Shown: positions 26,295 to 37,883, numbered from the stretch's first letter. The stretch: DNA of 64,000 nt from Bacteroidota bacterium (GCA_041163605.1 JBEAQY010000066.1:1910-65909), one strand, 5' to 3'. Notes: generated by a model not told the origin, from the sequence alone. Numbers and translations: made by a program.

Positions 26295-28049
26295 ATGAGA
26301 AAATTATTAGTAGGATTTTGTATTGCATTGATTTGTGTGATAACAAATCAGGTTAAGGCTACACATATCTTGGGCGGAGAAATTTATTACGATTCCTTAG
26401 GCAATGGTTTTTATAAAGTAACATTTGAGATTTATAGAGACTGTAACAGTGCAACGGCTTATGACAACCCGCTCGTTTATACGATATTCAATGAAGACGG
26501 AACGTATTACTCAGAGGAGGTTGTTCCCTTATTTTCTAGTGCGATTTTACCCATTGTATATGATGATCCTTGCGTAACTCCTCCAAATAATATTTGCGTT
26601 GAAAAAGGTATTTATATAGATACTATTCAATTGCCATTCAATCCATCCGGGTATCATATATCTTATCAAAGGTGCTGTTGGGCTAATAATATAGACAATA
26701 TCGTAGATCCTGGAAATAATGGGATCACGTTAACAACCTTTATTCCAGGGAGTGCATTAACCCCTGTCTATAATCAGGGAGCACGATTTACTAATTATCC
26801 ACCTTTGGTGCTATGCGCTCAAAATACCTTAAACTTTGATCACGTAGCGTTTGATCCGGATGGTGATTCCCTCACCTATGAGCTTGCAGATCCCTTGCTT
26901 GGGGGAAGCATAGCTAATGTAATCCCAAACCCTGAATCACCGCCTCCATATGCAGGTGTCTCATGGAACCCCGGATTTTCCACCCTAGTTCCTTTTGGTG
27001 CGGGGTCATCTGTTACAATAAATCCCCAAACTGGCATGATGTCATTTACGCCAAACAATATCGGGAATTTTGTTGCAGGAGTAAAGGTTAATGAATATAG
27101 AAACGGGGTTTTAATAAATTCAAAGATTAGAACTTTCGCGTTTAGAGTAGTCATTTGTCAAGTGGACATACCAATTGCTGTTAATATTACTGGACCACCT
27201 CAATTGGTGGAAGATTGTGGTTTTGCAGGATTTATTATATCAAGAACCGATACTTCGTCGAACTTAATCGTAGAAATTGGGCTAGGTGGAACAGCCACAA
27301 ATGGAGTTGATTATCCATTTATTCCCACCTCATTAACCATTCCTACAGGTGTGTTTTCAGATACTATAGCTGTTGAAGCGTTATTGGATACTTTAGTAGA
27401 ATCAACCGAAACAGTATTTTTTAGCGTCATTGTTCCAAATCCATGCGACGGAACATACGATACTACATCAATTACGCTTAACCTAGTTGATTATCAACCC
27501 TTACAGCTTGTCGCGCTTGATTCTGTAAATGTTTGTGTTGCGGAAGGCGAAGTTCCTTGGCTTGGATGCTCCGCTAGTTTCGGGTTACCACCGTATCAAT
27601 ACAATTGGTCTCCTGGAGTTTTTCCAAATAACGACACGATAACCTTGTCAGGTAACTTGTTGGCGCCGAACCAAAACCTATTTTCTGTAGAGGTGCAAGA
27701 TCAATGTGGTAAGACAGCCATTATAGATCCAATTGCCGTATTTAACCAATGTCCTTTGGTCGCTCCGAATGTATTAACATTAAATGGTGATCAAACAAAC
27801 GAGGTTTTTATAATAAAACATATAGAAGATTACAACGCCGTGCAGTTAAGAGTGTTTAATCGATGGGGGAATGTAGTTTATCAAAATGATGCATACCAAA
27901 ATGATTGGTCCGGGATAGCCGATAACGGCAAAGAACTTTCTGATGGGGTATATTTTTATACGATATTACCCGAAAGTGAAAAGTATGCATACGACGACCA
28001 AGAACGAACCAAGTTTTTACTTGCCGGCTTTTTACAAATTTTCCATTAG
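26295..28049 (+). CDS. Cell-surface protein with Calx-beta-like segment and a type B T9SS (gliding-motility-associated) C-terminal domain
   Basis: Signal peptide, N-terminal THILGGEIYY...YRDC module, GGTATNGVDY (Calx-beta-like) and C-terminal ...LNGDQTNEVF...VFNRWGNVVY...WSG...GVYFYTI. Confidence 0.75.
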   Translation: MRKLLVGFCIALICVITNQVKATHILGGEIYYDSLGNGFYKVTFEIYRDCNSATAYDNPLVYTIFNEDGTYYSEEVVPLFSSAILPIVYDDPCVTPPNNICVEKGIYIDTIQLPFNPSGYHISYQRCCWANNIDNIVDPGNNGITLTTFIPGSALTPVYNQGARFTNYPPLVLCAQNTLNFDHVAFDPDGDSLTYELADPLLGGSIANVIPNPESPPPYAGVSWNPGFSTLVPFGAGSSVTINPQTGMMSFTPNNIGNFVAGVKVNEYRNGVLINSKIRTFAFRVVICQVDIPIAVNITGPPQLVEDCGFAGFIISRTDTSSNLIVEIGLGGTATNGVDYPFIPTSLTIPTGVFSDTIAVEALLDTLVESTETVFFSVIVPNPCDGTYDTTSITLNLVDYQPLQLVALDSVNVCVAEGEVPWLGCSASFGLPPYQYNWSPGVFPNNDTITLSGNLLAPNQNLFSVEVQDQCGKTAIIDPIAVFNQCPLVAPNVLTLNGDQTNEVFIIKHIEDYNAVQLRVFNRWGNVVYQNDAYQNDWSGIADNGKELSDGVYFYTILPESEKYAYDDQERTKFLLAGFLQIFH

Positions 28050-28132
28050 GACTTTTTTAAGGTTAATTCATGATAAATCATCTATTGTCAGGCAATCAAA
28101 CACAGTAAAAAATATAACATGCTTGATTTTAT

Positions 28133-28160
28133 GCGAAATATTTAAAAGTTTTTCGCTTTT
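28133..28160 (+). terminator. Candidate intrinsic terminator after the type B T9SS protein gene
   Basis: GCGAAA...TTTCGC inverted repeat (28133-28156) followed by TTTT. The A/T-rich interior makes it weak. Confidence 0.4.
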
Positions 28161-28186
28161 CCTATTGTGTAATTAATTTAACCTTG

Positions 28187-28194
28187 TATCTTTG
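28187..28194 (+). promoter_or_regulatory. -7 box TATCTTTG, candidate promoter of the ribosomal supercluster
   Basis: Exact TAnnTTTG match 55 nt upstream of the rpsL ATG. Confidence 0.5.
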
Positions 28195-28198
28195 CACC

Positions 28199-28217
28199 CC
28201 TCAAAGAGCGTTTGAGG
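28199..28217 (+). promoter_or_regulatory. rpsL 5' leader hairpin
   Basis: CCTCAAA-GAGCG-TTTGAGG (perfect 7-bp stem) immediately after the predicted -7 box. No U-run follows, so it is not a terminator. Confidence 0.45.
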
Positions 28218-28249
28218 TAATTATATATTGTTAAATTAAGAGTATTTTT

Positions 28250-28627
28250 ATGCCAACTATTCAACAGTTAGTTCGCAAAGGAAGAACGGCGGTAGTGAAG
28301 AAAAGTAAGTCTGCTGCACTTGATTCATGTCCTCAACGAAAGGGAGTATGTGTTCGTGTGTATACAACCACTCCAAAAAAGCCAAATTCTGCCATGCGTA
28401 AAGTGGCTCGTGTTCGATTAACTAACGGACGCGAAGTCAATGCTTATATCGGAGGTGAAGGTCACAACCTTCAGGAACACTCCTTAGTATTAGTTCGTGG
28501 TGGTCGTGTTAAAGATCTACCAGGAGTTCGTTACCACATTGTACGCGGTGCTGAAGATACAGCGGGTGTCCAGGGACGTTCTCAACGACGTTCAAAATAT
28601 GGTACTAAACGACCTAAGCAAAAATAA
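28250..28627 (+). CDS. rpsL: 30S ribosomal protein S12
   Basis: [12 protein letters not shown]...PKKPNSA.RKV.RVRLTNG, canonical S12. Confidence 0.97.
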   Translation: MPTIQQLVRKGRTAVVKKSKSAALDSCPQRKGVCVRVYTTTPKKPNSAMRKVARVRLTNGREVNAYIGGEGHNLQEHSLVLVRGGRVKDLPGVRYHIVRGAEDTAGVQGRSQRRSKYGTKRPKQK

Positions 28628-28659
28628 TACAGTTGTCAATCAGCGATAATTTTTAAGCG

Positions 28660-29130
28660 ATGAGAAGAAGAAAAGCGAAAAAAATTGCCATCCTCCCGGA
28701 TCCGAAATTCAACGAACAGGTTGTTACCAAGTTTGTGAATAACTTAATGTATTCCGGAAAGAAGAGTTTGGCCTTTAAAATATTCTATGAAGCAATAGAG
28801 CTCGTAGAAAAAAAGATTGAAGATACTCCAGGTCTTGAAGTATGGAGAAAAGCAATTGAAAATGTTACTCCGAGTGTTGAGGTTAGAAGCCGAAGAGTTG
28901 GTGGAGCTACGTTTCAAATTCCAACCCCAGTACGTGAGGAACGAAAGTCATCTTTAGCAATGAAGTGGTTGATTGGATATGCTCGCAAGCGCAACGAGAA
29001 AACGATGTCACAAAAGTTAGCTGCAGAAATTATTGCGGCTTCCAAAGAAGAGGGTGCGGCTTTCAAGAAGAAAGAAGATACCATCAGAATGGCAGAAGCA
29101 AATAAAGCATTTTCACATTTTAGATTCTAA
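28660..29130 (+). CDS. rpsG: 30S ribosomal protein S7
   Basis: 156 aa with MRRRKAKK...PDPKF...[16 protein letters not shown], located between rpsL and fusA. Confidence 0.96.
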   Translation: MRRRKAKKIAILPDPKFNEQVVTKFVNNLMYSGKKSLAFKIFYEAIELVEKKIEDTPGLEVWRKAIENVTPSVEVRSRRVGGATFQIPTPVREERKSSLAMKWLIGYARKRNEKTMSQKLAAEIIAASKEEGAAFKKKEDTIRMAEANKAFSHFRF

Positions 29131-29133
29131 GAA

Positions 29134-31224
29134 ATGGCAAGAGATCTTAAATACACCAGAAACATTGGAATTGCTGCTCACATTGATGCAGGAAAAACAA
29201 CAACTACTGAGCGAATTTTGTTCTACGGTGGAGTTAATCACAAAATCGGAGAAGTTCACGATGGAGCTGCAACGATGGACTGGATGGAGCAAGAGCAGGA
29301 GCGTGGAATTACTATTACTTCAGCAGCTACCACGTTAACATGGAATTACAGAGGTACTCCCTACCACGTCAACATTATTGATACCCCAGGACACGTTGAC
29401 TTTACGGTTGAGGTAAATCGGTCACTTCGTGTACTTGATGGACTTGTTTTTTTGTTTTCAGCGGTAGATGGTGTTGAGCCACAATCTGAAACGAACTGGC
29501 GTTTAGCAAATAATTACAACGTACCACGAATTGGTTTTGTTAACAAAATGGATCGTCAAGGCGCTGACTTTCTTAAAGTGTGTAAGCAAGTTAAGGATAT
29601 GCTTGGGAGTCATGCGTTACCATTACAAATCAATATCGGTGAAGAAGATAATTTTAGAGGGGTAGTTGACTTAATTAATTTCCGTGGAATTGTTTGGAAT
29701 GAGGATGATTATGGAATGACGTTTCAAGAGGTTGAGATTCCGGCTGATATTATGGATGAGGCTCGTGATTTACGAGGTAAACTGTTGGAAGCGGTTGCTG
29801 AGTTTGACGAGACTTTGATGGAAAAATATTTTGAAGACGAGAATTCGTTAACTGAGCGGGAAATTCTTGACGCATTGCGTCAAGCTACTATTTCAGGAAA
29901 AGTAGTTCCTATGATGTGTGGTTCTTCTTTTAAAAACAAAGGAGTTCAGGCCATGTTGGATATGGTAATGGAAATTTTACCTTCTCCGCTTGATGTTGAG
30001 GCAATCACAGGTATTAATCCTAAAACTGACGAAGAAGTATCAAGAAAACCTTCTTACGATGAGCCGTTTGCTGCCTTAGCATTTAAAATTGCAACTGATC
30101 CATTTGTAGGTAGATTGTGTTTTACTCGAGTATATTCAGGTAAACTAGACGCAGGATCATACGTGTTAAATACGCGATCTGAGAATAAAGAGCGTATTTC
30201 TCGTATTTTCCAAATGCATGCCAATAAGCAAAATCAAGTTTCTGAATTGGGCGCTGGTGATATTGGTGCAGTTGTTGGATTTAAAGATATTAAAACTGGA
30301 GACACGTTGTGTGCTGAAAATGCACCAATTATCCTTGAATCCATGGTATTCCCTGATCCAGTAATTGGCTTGGCGATTGAACCGAAAACTCAAGCAGATA
30401 CAGATCGTTTATCTATTGGTTTGTCAAAATTATCTGAAGAAGATCCAACATTCCGTGTGAATACTGATGAAGATACTGGTCAAACTATCATTTCTGGAAT
30501 GGGTGAGCTTCACTTGGAAATCATTGTTGATCGTTTAAAAAGAGAATTTAAAGTTGAAGTTAATCAAGGTGCTCCTCAAGTGGCATACCGTGAGGCTATC
30601 GCTGGATCAACAGAACACCGAGAAGTTTACAAGAAACAAACAGGTGGTAGAGGTAAATTTGCCGATATTTTGGTTAAAATTTCTCACCAAGATAACCCTG
30701 AGAAAAAAGGCTTGGAGTTCATTAACAGCATCAAAGGAGGTAATATTCCAAGAGAATTTATTCCTTCAGTTGAGAAAGGATTCAGAGAGTCAATGAAGAA
30801 CGGTGTTCTCGCAGGATTCCCACTTGAGTCAATGAAAGTTGAATTAGTTGATGGTTCATTCCACGCAGTTGACTCCGATTCACTTTCATTCGAATTGTGT
30901 GCGAAAATGGCGTACCGCGCAGCATTGAAAGCTTGTTCGCCTATACTTCTTGAGCCTATCATGAAATTAGAAGTGGTAACACCAGAAGATTATTTTGGAG
31001 ATGTTCAAGGAGATTTAAATAGAAGACGTGGAATGCCTACAGGAATGGATGATCGTGCTGGAGCCAAAGTGCTTAAGGCAGACGTTCCATTGTCAGAAAT
31101 GTTTGGTTATGTAACTCAGTTACGGACCATTACTTCAGGTCGAGCAACATCTTCCATGGAGTTTTCTCATTACGCTGCAGCGCCTAAGAATGTAGCAGAG
31201 GATGTAATTTCAAAAGCGAAGTAA
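29134..31224 (+). CDS. fusA: Elongation factor G
   Basis: [30 protein letters not shown] and NKMDR GTPase motifs. 696 aa. Confidence 0.97.
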   Translation: MARDLKYTRNIGIAAHIDAGKTTTTERILFYGGVNHKIGEVHDGAATMDWMEQEQERGITITSAATTLTWNYRGTPYHVNIIDTPGHVDFTVEVNRSLRVLDGLVFLFSAVDGVEPQSETNWRLANNYNVPRIGFVNKMDRQGADFLKVCKQVKDMLGSHALPLQINIGEEDNFRGVVDLINFRGIVWNEDDYGMTFQEVEIPADIMDEARDLRGKLLEAVAEFDETLMEKYFEDENSLTEREILDALRQATISGKVVPMMCGSSFKNKGVQAMLDMVMEILPSPLDVEAITGINPKTDEEVSRKPSYDEPFAALAFKIATDPFVGRLCFTRVYSGKLDAGSYVLNTRSENKERISRIFQMHANKQNQVSELGAGDIGAVVGFKDIKTGDTLCAENAPIILESMVFPDPVIGLAIEPKTQADTDRLSIGLSKLSEEDPTFRVNTDEDTGQTIISGMGELHLEIIVDRLKREFKVEVNQGAPQVAYREAIAGSTEHREVYKKQTGGRGKFADILVKISHQDNPEKKGLEFINSIKGGNIPREFIPSVEKGFRESMKNGVLAGFPLESMKVELVDGSFHAVDSDSLSFELCAKMAYRAALKACSPILLEPIMKLEVVTPEDYFGDVQGDLNRRRGMPTGMDDRAGAKVLKADVPLSEMFGYVTQLRTITSGRATSSMEFSHYAAAPKNVAEDVISKAK

Positions 31225-31249
31225 TTTTTCAGCATAAAATTGAAAAGAA

Positions 31250-31555
31250 ATGAGTCAGAAAATTAGAATAAAATTAAAGTCTTACGATCACAACCTAGTT
31301 GATAAATCTGCGGAGAAAATTGTTAAGACTGTAAAAGCTACAGGCGCCGTTGTAAGTGGTCCGATTCCATTACCAACACACAAGCGTATTTACACTGTAT
31401 TGCGTTCTCCGCACGTAAATAAAAAGGCGCGGGAGCAATTCGAATTGTGTGCTTACAAACGCTTGTTAGACATCTACAGCAGTTCATCAAAAACTGTGGA
31501 TGCTTTGATGAAATTGGAGTTACCAAGTGGCGTTGATGTAGAAATTAAAGTATAA
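31250..31555 (+). CDS. rpsJ: 30S ribosomal protein S10
   Basis: [18 protein letters not shown]...GPIPLPT...[10 protein letters not shown]. Confidence 0.96.
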   Translation: MSQKIRIKLKSYDHNLVDKSAEKIVKTVKATGAVVSGPIPLPTHKRIYTVLRSPHVNKKAREQFELCAYKRLLDIYSSSSKTVDALMKLELPSGVDVEIKV

Positions 31556-31573
31556 TCTTAAGTTAAATTAGTT

Positions 31574-32188
31574 ATGTCAGGAATTATTGGACGAAAAATC
31601 GGAATGACTAGCATCTATAGTGCCGAGGGCAAATCATTGCCATGCACGCTTGTTGAAGCTGGTCCCTGCGTAGTAACTCAAGTTAAAACAATCGACCGTG
31701 ATGGGTACGATGCTGTTCAGTTGGGTTTTGGAAATCGCAAAGAGAAGAATACCCCGAATGCATTGAAAGGACACTTCAAAAAAGCAAATACTACACCAAA
31801 AGCAAAATTGGTAGAGTTTAAAGGATTCGAAAGTTGCAATGCTGGAGATGAGATTAATGTAAGTATTTTCGAAGAAGGTGAATTTGTTGATGTTACCGGA
31901 ACTTCAAAAGGTAAAGGATTTCAAGGGGTAGTAAGAAGACATAACTTCGGTGGTGTTGGACAATCAACTCATGGTCAGCACAACCGGTTACGTGCACCAG
32001 GTTCTATCGGAGCATGTTCATATCCAGCTCGTGTATTCAAAGGAATGCGTATGGCAGGACAAATGGGAAATAAGCGGCGTACACAATCAAATCTTGAGAT
32101 TCTTAAGGTGTTGGCGGATCGCAATATATTAATCATTAAAGGATCTATTCCAGGAGCGAATAATTCTTATGTAACAATTTATAAGTAA
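31574..32188 (+). CDS. rplC: 50S ribosomal protein L3
   Basis: [10 protein letters not shown]...[19 protein letters not shown]. Confidence 0.96.
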   Translation: MSGIIGRKIGMTSIYSAEGKSLPCTLVEAGPCVVTQVKTIDRDGYDAVQLGFGNRKEKNTPNALKGHFKKANTTPKAKLVEFKGFESCNAGDEINVSIFEEGEFVDVTGTSKGKGFQGVVRRHNFGGVGQSTHGQHNRLRAPGSIGACSYPARVFKGMRMAGQMGNKRRTQSNLEILKVLADRNILIIKGSIPGANNSYVTIYK

Positions 32189-32814
32189 TGGAAGCGAAAG
32201 TATATAGCGTAAGCGGTAAGGCGTCTTCAGCGAAAGCAAATCTCTCTGATGAGGTATTTGGTATTGAGCCAAATAACCATGCGATATATCTAGATGTTAA
32301 ACAACATTTGGCAAATCGCAGACAAGGTACACATAAGTCAAAAGAACGAAATGAAATTGCAGGATCTACGAAAAAGCTCAAGAAGCAAAAAGGTACAGGT
32401 GGTGCAAGAGCAGGTAGCGCTAAATCAGGTACTCGTGTAGGTGGGGGTCGTATTTTTGGACCAAGACCAAGAAACTATTCGTTCAAATTGAATGTAAAGC
32501 TTAAAAGATTAGCGAGAAAATCAGCTTTTTCATATCAGATGAAAAATGATGCCTTGATGGTGTTAGAAGATGTAAAGATGGATGCAATCAAAACAAAAGA
32601 TTTTGTTTCTATGGTCTCAGCTCTTTCGTTGGAGAATCAAAAGGTCTTATTGATTTTAGGTGATAAAAATGACGCTGTTTATTTAGCTGCTAGAAACTTG
32701 AAAAAAGTTAAGGTAGTTACTGTAGAATCTTTTAACACCTATGATGTGTTAAATGCACGTAAAGTTTTAGTAACCCAAACGGCTATTGGTCGTATTGAAG
32801 AAATTTTAAATTAA
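32188..32814 (+). CDS. rplD: 50S ribosomal protein L4
   Basis: 208 aa with ...RQGTHKSKERNEIAGSTKKLKKQKGTGGAR.GS... TAATG overlap with rplC. Operon order supports the call. Confidence 0.95.
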   Translation: MEAKVYSVSGKASSAKANLSDEVFGIEPNNHAIYLDVKQHLANRRQGTHKSKERNEIAGSTKKLKKQKGTGGARAGSAKSGTRVGGGRIFGPRPRNYSFKLNVKLKRLARKSAFSYQMKNDALMVLEDVKMDAIKTKDFVSMVSALSLENQKVLLILGDKNDAVYLAARNLKKVKVVTVESFNTYDVLNARKVLVTQTAIGRIEEILN

Positions 32815-32827
32815 TTGATCCAGGGTC

Positions 32828-33124
32828 ATGCAAGGAATAATTAAAAAGCCGATAATTACAGAGAAAGCAACCTTTGCTTCTGAGGCTAGAAATGCGTTCA
32901 CTTTTGAAGTGGATCGCAAAGCGAATAAGCTTGAAATAAAACATGCTGTCGAGAAAATGTACGGAGTACACGTCACAGAGGTGCGTACACAAAATTATGG
33001 CGGTGGAAAATCTTCTGTGAAATATACAAACAAAGGCATTGTTGAGCAACGAAGTAAACAATGGAAAAAGGCTGTAGTTTCAATCGCAGATGGTGAAACC
33101 ATTGATTTGTTTAACAATTATTAA
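32828..33124 (+). CDS. rplW: 50S ribosomal protein L23
   Basis: 98 aa with IIKKPIITEKA...FEVDRKANKLEIKHAVEKMYGV. Operon order supports the call. Confidence 0.95.
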   Translation: MQGIIKKPIITEKATFASEARNAFTFEVDRKANKLEIKHAVEKMYGVHVTEVRTQNYGGGKSSVKYTNKGIVEQRSKQWKKAVVSIADGETIDLFNNY

Positions 33125-33131
33125 TTGAGCA

Positions 33132-33956
33132 ATGAGCGTTAGAAAGTTTAAACCAACAACCCCTGGTCAACGTCACAAAGTGGCTATCGACATGTCGGTA
33201 ATTACCGCGTCGAAACCAGAGAAAAGCCTTGTCAAAGGTGGTACTAAATCTGGTGGCCGTAACAACGATGGACGTATGACTATGCGTTACATCGGGGGAG
33301 GGCACAAACAAAAGTATCGTATCGTGGATTTCAAACGAAACAAGTTTGATATTCCTGCAACGGTAAAATCGATTGAATACGATCCAAACCGAACTGCAAA
33401 TATCGCATTGCTTTATTATGCAGATGGTGAGAAGCGATATATTATTGCTCCAAATGGATTAAATGTAGGTGATATAGTTACCTCAGGTAGAACAGCTACT
33501 CCCAAAGTAGGAAATGCAATGTATTTATCGGATGTTCCATTAGGTACCCTAATTCATAACATTGAACTAATGCCCGGTAAAGGTGGATCTATTGCTCGTG
33601 GAGCCGGTACTTATGGTCAATTAAACGCACGTGAAGGTAAATTCGCAGTAGTAAAAATGCCTTCTGGTGAAACACGCATGGTTCTTGTAACTTGTTTGGC
33701 AACAATTGGTGTTGTTTCCAATGGGGAGCATAACTTAGAGCGTTCTGGTAAAGCAGGTCGTTCCCGTTGGCTAGGCCGTCGTCCACGTGTACGTGGTGTG
33801 GTAATGAATCCAGTGGATCACCCGATGGGTGGAGGTGAAGGAAGGAATTCTGGAGGTCATCCACGTTCTAGAAATGGTATGCCAGCAAAAGGATACAAAA
33901 CTAGATCCAAAACTAAGTATTCGAATAAGTTCATAATAGAAAGAAGAAAAAAATAA
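33132..33956 (+). CDS. rplB: 50S ribosomal protein L2
   Basis: [17 protein letters not shown] and [14 protein letters not shown] motifs. Confidence 0.97.
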   Translation: MSVRKFKPTTPGQRHKVAIDMSVITASKPEKSLVKGGTKSGGRNNDGRMTMRYIGGGHKQKYRIVDFKRNKFDIPATVKSIEYDPNRTANIALLYYADGEKRYIIAPNGLNVGDIVTSGRTATPKVGNAMYLSDVPLGTLIHNIELMPGKGGSIARGAGTYGQLNAREGKFAVVKMPSGETRMVLVTCLATIGVVSNGEHNLERSGKAGRSRWLGRRPRVRGVVMNPVDHPMGGGEGRNSGGHPRSRNGMPAKGYKTRSKTKYSNKFIIERRKK

Positions 33957-33962
33957 CGTAGT

Positions 33963-34241
33963 ATGAGTCGTTCATTAAAAAAGCCGCCTTTTGTTCACTA
34001 TAAACTTATGAAACGAGTGGATGATGCTCAAGCTTCAAACAGCAAGGCAGTAATTAAAACATGGTCGCGTGCGTCCACAATCACTCCGGATTTTGTTGGT
34101 CTGACCTTCGCGGTACACAATGGTCACAAGTTTATTCCTGTATTTGCTACAGAGAATATGGTAGGTCACAAGTTAGGCGAATTTGCTCCAACGAGAAACT
34201 TCCGCGGACATGGTGGAAATAAAAAAGATAAAAAACGATAA
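33963..34241 (+). CDS. rpsS: 30S ribosomal protein S19
   Basis: [11 protein letters not shown]...[10 protein letters not shown]...[13 protein letters not shown]. Confidence 0.96.
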   Translation: MSRSLKKPPFVHYKLMKRVDDAQASNSKAVIKTWSRASTITPDFVGLTFAVHNGHKFIPVFATENMVGHKLGEFAPTRNFRGHGGNKKDKKR

Positions 34242-34256
34242 GATAAATTTTAAGTC

Positions 34257-34655
34257 ATGGGTGCTAGAAAAAGACTAAGGGCTGAGAGGTTGAAAGATGA
34301 GAAAAAACAAATTGCTATAGCGCAATTGAATGATTCGAAAATTTCTCCCCGTAAAATGAGAATGGTTGCCGATTTAATTCGCGGAGTTGAAGTGAATAAA
34401 GCGCTTAATATTTTAAGCCACAATTCAAAATTTGCTGCGGTTGGGTTAGAAAAGTTACTACGTTCTGCAATCTCGAATTGGGAACAGAAAAACGAAGGCA
34501 GAGACCTGAGTGAGGAGAAAGTGTTTGTGAAATCAATCGAAGTTGCTGGAGGTGCAATGTTGAAACGAATTCAACCAGCACCCCAAGGCCGTGCACACAG
34601 AATTAGAAAAAGATCAAATCATGTTACAATCATCGTTGATGGTGTAAATTCTTAA
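34257..34655 (+). CDS. rplV: 50S ribosomal protein L22
   Basis: 132 aa with ...[19 protein letters not shown]. Operon order supports the call. Confidence 0.95.
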   Translation: MGARKRLRAERLKDEKKQIAIAQLNDSKISPRKMRMVADLIRGVEVNKALNILSHNSKFAAVGLEKLLRSAISNWEQKNEGRDLSEEKVFVKSIEVAGGAMLKRIQPAPQGRAHRIRKRSNHVTIIVDGVNS

Positions 34656-34659
34656 GAAT

Positions 34660-35376
34660 ATGGGACAAAAGACAAATCCAATTGGTAATCGTTTAGGCTA
34701 CATCCACGGATGGGAATCTAACTGGTATGGTGGTAGAGATTACAAAGACAAAATCGTAGAGGATGATCAAATTCGTAAGTATTTGAATGCTCGTTTAGCT
34801 AAAGCTAGCATTGCAAAAATCATCATCGAACGAACACTTAAGTTGGTTACCGTAACAATTAATACCGCTCGTCCGGGTGTTATTATTGGTAAAGGTGGAC
34901 AAGAAGTTGATAAGCTAAAGGAAGAGCTGAAAAAATTAACTAAGAAAGAGATTCAAATTAACATCTTCGAAGTTAAACGTCCTGAGCTTGACGCACGATT
35001 AGTTGCAGATGCTGTGGCTCGTCAACTTGAAGCGCGTATCTCATTTCGTCGAGCAATTAAAATGGCTATCGCAGGAACGATGCGTTTAGGTGCCGAAGGA
35101 ATTAAAATTAAAATATCTGGTCGTTTGAATGGTGCAGAAATGGCACGTTCTGAAATGTACAAAGATGGTCGTACTCCGTTACACACCTTCAGAGCAGATA
35201 TAGACTATGCAGTTTCAGAAGCACATACAACATACGGTCGTCTTGGAATCAAAGTATGGATTTGCCGTGGAGAAGTATACGGGAAACGTGATCTTTCACC
35301 AAATGTAGGAATGTCATCAGGTTCGTCGAATGCTGGCAATAGTGGTTTAGCTTCACCAAAAAGAAAGAAAAAGTAA
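34660..35376 (+). CDS. rpsC: 30S ribosomal protein S3
   Basis: [13 protein letters not shown]...[17 protein letters not shown]...[10 protein letters not shown]. Confidence 0.97.
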   Translation: MGQKTNPIGNRLGYIHGWESNWYGGRDYKDKIVEDDQIRKYLNARLAKASIAKIIIERTLKLVTVTINTARPGVIIGKGGQEVDKLKEELKKLTKKEIQINIFEVKRPELDARLVADAVARQLEARISFRRAIKMAIAGTMRLGAEGIKIKISGRLNGAEMARSEMYKDGRTPLHTFRADIDYAVSEAHTTYGRLGIKVWICRGEVYGKRDLSPNVGMSSGSSNAGNSGLASPKRKKK

Positions 35377-35396
35377 TACGCTAAAAGAGTACTAAA

Positions 35397-35822
35397 ATGT
35401 TACAACCAAAAAGAACGAAGTTCAGAAAAGTACAGAAGGGGAGAAACCGAGGTTTAGCACAACGTGGGTCTTCTATAGCTTTTGGATCATTTGGTCTAAA
35501 AACGTTAGAGCCAGGATGGATCACCTCTCGTCAAATCGAAGCTTCCCGTATCGCAGTTACGCGTTACATGAAAAGGGAAGGTAAAGTGTGGATTCGAATT
35601 TTCCCAGACAAACCAGTTACGGCAAAACCGGCTGAAGTTCGGATGGGTAAAGGTAAGGGTGCATTAAGCCATTGGGTTGCAGTGGTTAAACCTGGTCGAA
35701 TTATGTTTGAAGCAGATGGTGTTTCTTATGAAATCGCTAAAGAAGCTATGCGTTTAGCGGCGCAAAAACTTCCTGTAAAATGCAAATTCGTAGTTCGTAA
35801 TGACTTTGTTATACCTGCTTAA
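35397..35822 (+). CDS. rplP: 50S ribosomal protein L16
   Basis: [15 protein letters not shown]...[21 protein letters not shown]. Confidence 0.97.
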   Translation: MLQPKRTKFRKVQKGRNRGLAQRGSSIAFGSFGLKTLEPGWITSRQIEASRIAVTRYMKREGKVWIRIFPDKPVTAKPAEVRMGKGKGALSHWVAVVKPGRIMFEADGVSYEIAKEAMRLAAQKLPVKCKFVVRNDFVIPA

Positions 35823-35831
35823 TCTTAGAAA

Positions 35832-36026
35832 ATGAAGACACAAGATATATCGAAATTATCGCTAGAAGATTTGAATCGTAAACTTACAGAGTTACAGGGT
35901 CAAATGATTTCTTTAACCCTTACTCATAAAACGGCTCCAATTGAGAACCCAATGAGAATTAAGAGTTTGAGAAAGACAATCGCGAGATTTAATACTGAAT
36001 TAACCAAAAGAAACAGCGCAGCATAA
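35832..36026 (+). CDS. rpmC: 50S ribosomal protein L29
   Basis: 64 aa with a helical ...LEDLNRKLTELQGQM...ENPMRIKSLRKTIARF pattern. Operon order supports the call. Confidence 0.93.
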   Translation: MKTQDISKLSLEDLNRKLTELQGQMISLTLTHKTAPIENPMRIKSLRKTIARFNTELTKRNSAA

Positions 36027-36047
36027 GCGCAATAATTGAAGCTTAAC

Positions 36048-36305
36048 ATGGAAAAGCGAAATTTAAGAAAAGAAAGAATCGGAATCGTAACAAGTGACAA
36101 AATGGAGAAGTCTGTTGTTGTGACTGTAGAGCGTAAGAAGAAACACCCGAAGTATGGTAAGTTCGTTAAAACGACTACAAAATTTGTAGCGCACGACGAG
36201 AAGAATGATAGCCATATTGGCGATACAGTGAAAATTATGGAAACGCGTCCCTTAAGTAAAACTAAGAACTGGCGCCTAGTAGAAATTGTTGAAAGAGCGA
36301 AATAA
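36048..36305 (+). CDS. rpsQ: 30S ribosomal protein S17
   Basis: [28 protein letters not shown]...HPKYGK. I chose the ATG at 36048. The ORF track starts at a TTG at 36036. Confidence 0.94.
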   Translation: MEKRNLRKERIGIVTSDKMEKSVVVTVERKKKHPKYGKFVKTTTKFVAHDEKNDSHIGDTVKIMETRPLSKTKNWRLVEIVERAK

Positions 36306-36313
36306 CCTGAGAA

Positions 36314-36682
36314 ATGATACAAACAGAATCAAGATTATCAGTTGCTGATAATTCCGGCGCAAAAGAGGTACTCTGCATTAGAGTGTTAGGTGGTACTCGC
36401 AGAAGATATGCTTCTATAGGTGACAAGATTGTTGTTACTGTGAAAAGTGCAATGCCAACTGGTGCCGTGAAAAAAGGTTCAGTGGCTACTGCTGTTGTAG
36501 TGCGCACGAAAAAAGAAATCCGCAGACCAGATGGATCGTACATCCGCTTCGATGATAATGCATGCGTTATTTTGAATCAAGCAGGTGAGATGAGAGGAAC
36601 TCGTATTTTCGGTCCTGTGGCACGAGAATTACGTGAGAATAATTATATGAAAATCGTTTCATTAGCACCGGAGGTGTTGTAA
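36314..36682 (+). CDS. rplN: 50S ribosomal protein L14
   Basis: [27 protein letters not shown]. Confidence 0.97.
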   Translation: MIQTESRLSVADNSGAKEVLCIRVLGGTRRRYASIGDKIVVTVKSAMPTGAVKKGSVATAVVVRTKKEIRRPDGSYIRFDDNACVILNQAGEMRGTRIFGPVARELRENNYMKIVSLAPEVL

Positions 36683-36693
36683 TTTAAAGAGAT

Positions 36694-37011
36694 ATGCAAA
36701 CGAAGTTAAAAATAAAAGTAGGAGACCTAGTTAAAGTCATCAGCGGTGACTCTAAAGGTCAAGAAGGAAAGATCACCTCAATTAGCCGTACGAAAATGCG
36801 TGCAACGGTTGAAGGCGTTAACATTGTGAAACGTCACACTAAACCTAGTGCGTCTAATCCGCAAGGTGGAATTGAGGAAAAAGAAGGAACAATTCATATT
36901 TCTAATCTGATGCTGGTGGTTGCTGGTCAAGCAACACGAGTAGGTAGAAAAGAAAATGATAAAGGTAAATTAGTACGTTTTTCAAAGAAATCAGGGGAGG
37001 TGATTAAATAA
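36694..37011 (+). CDS. rplX: 50S ribosomal protein L24
   Basis: [22 protein letters not shown] (KOW motif). Operon order supports the call. Confidence 0.95.
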   Translation: MQTKLKIKVGDLVKVISGDSKGQEGKITSISRTKMRATVEGVNIVKRHTKPSASNPQGGIEEKEGTIHISNLMLVVAGQATRVGRKENDKGKLVRFSKKSGEVIK

Positions 37012-37562
37012 TGAGTTATACACCACGACTTAAAGAAAAGTATCAAGCTGTAATCATTAAAGATTTAACGGAGCAGTTTGGTTATAAATCAACTATGCGA
37101 GTTCCTAAATTGACTAAAATTGTTTTGAGTCAAGGGATGGGCGATGCTGTAGCTGACAAAAAGTTAATTGAAAATGCAGCAGCTGATTTGTCAAGAATCG
37201 CTGGTCAGAAAGCAATTACTACAAATTCCAAAAAGGACATTTCTAACTTCAAACTTAGAAAAGGTATGCCGATTGGAACGAAGGTAACCTTACGAGGAGA
37301 TCGCATGTATGATTTCTTGGATCGTTTACTTTCAGTTTCATTGCCGCGAACTCGAGATTTTCGAGGAATTAATCCTAAAGGATTTGACGGACGTGGTAAT
37401 TTCAATTTAGGAATTAAAGAACACATTATTTTTCCAGAGATTGATATCGATAAAGTAAATAAAATTCTTGGTATGGACATTACGTTTGTTACCACGGCTG
37501 AGAGTGATGAAGAAGCAAAAGCATTGTTAGACGCATTTGGTTTTCCATTTGCAAAAAAATAA
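37011..37562 (+). CDS. rplE: 50S ribosomal protein L5
   Basis: PRLKEKY...[16 protein letters not shown]...[14 protein letters not shown]. Confidence 0.96.
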   Translation: MSYTPRLKEKYQAVIIKDLTEQFGYKSTMRVPKLTKIVLSQGMGDAVADKKLIENAAADLSRIAGQKAITTNSKKDISNFKLRKGMPIGTKVTLRGDRMYDFLDRLLSVSLPRTRDFRGINPKGFDGRGNFNLGIKEHIIFPEIDIDKVNKILGMDITFVTTAESDEEAKALLDAFGFPFAKK

Positions 37563-37568
37563 TAAGAA

Positions 37569-37883
37569 ATGGCAAAAGAATCAATGAAAGCGCGTGAGCG
37601 CAAAAGAGAACGGATGGTAGCACGATATGCTAAAAAACGTGAGCAATTGACGAAGGTTTTGAAATCTACTTCAACTGACGAAGAAGTGATAAATCAAAAA
37701 TGGGATGCAATGATAGCGTTACAAAAGATTCCTGCGAATTCATCTAAAATCAGACTACACAACCGTTGTGGTTTAACAGGCCGTCCTCGTGGTTACATGC
37801 GTCATTTTGGAATTTCAAGGGTGACTTTCCGAGAAATGGCTTTAGCTGGAAAAATCCCAGGAGTTCGTAAAGCAAGTTGGTAA
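37569..37883 (+). CDS. rpsN: 30S ribosomal protein S14 (long form, no CxxC pairs)
   Basis: [14 protein letters not shown]...[37 protein letters not shown]. Confidence 0.95.
   Translation: MAKESMKARERKRERMVARYAKKREQLTKVLKSTSTDEEVINQKWDAMIALQKIPANSSKIRLHNRCGLTGRPRGYMRHFGISRVTFREMALAGKIPGVRKASW

Noticed and set aside
35924-36322. 132-aa ORF on the - strand across rpmC/rpsQ. Similar ORFs lie at 37205-37603 and 38649-38990 (- strand), and at 29033-29338 (+ strand, out of frame across the rpsG/fusA junction).
   Set aside because: These ORFs are entirely antisense or out of frame to highly conserved ribosomal genes. Their translations are low-complexity and hydrophobic with no recognisable motif. 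They are typical shadow ORFs.
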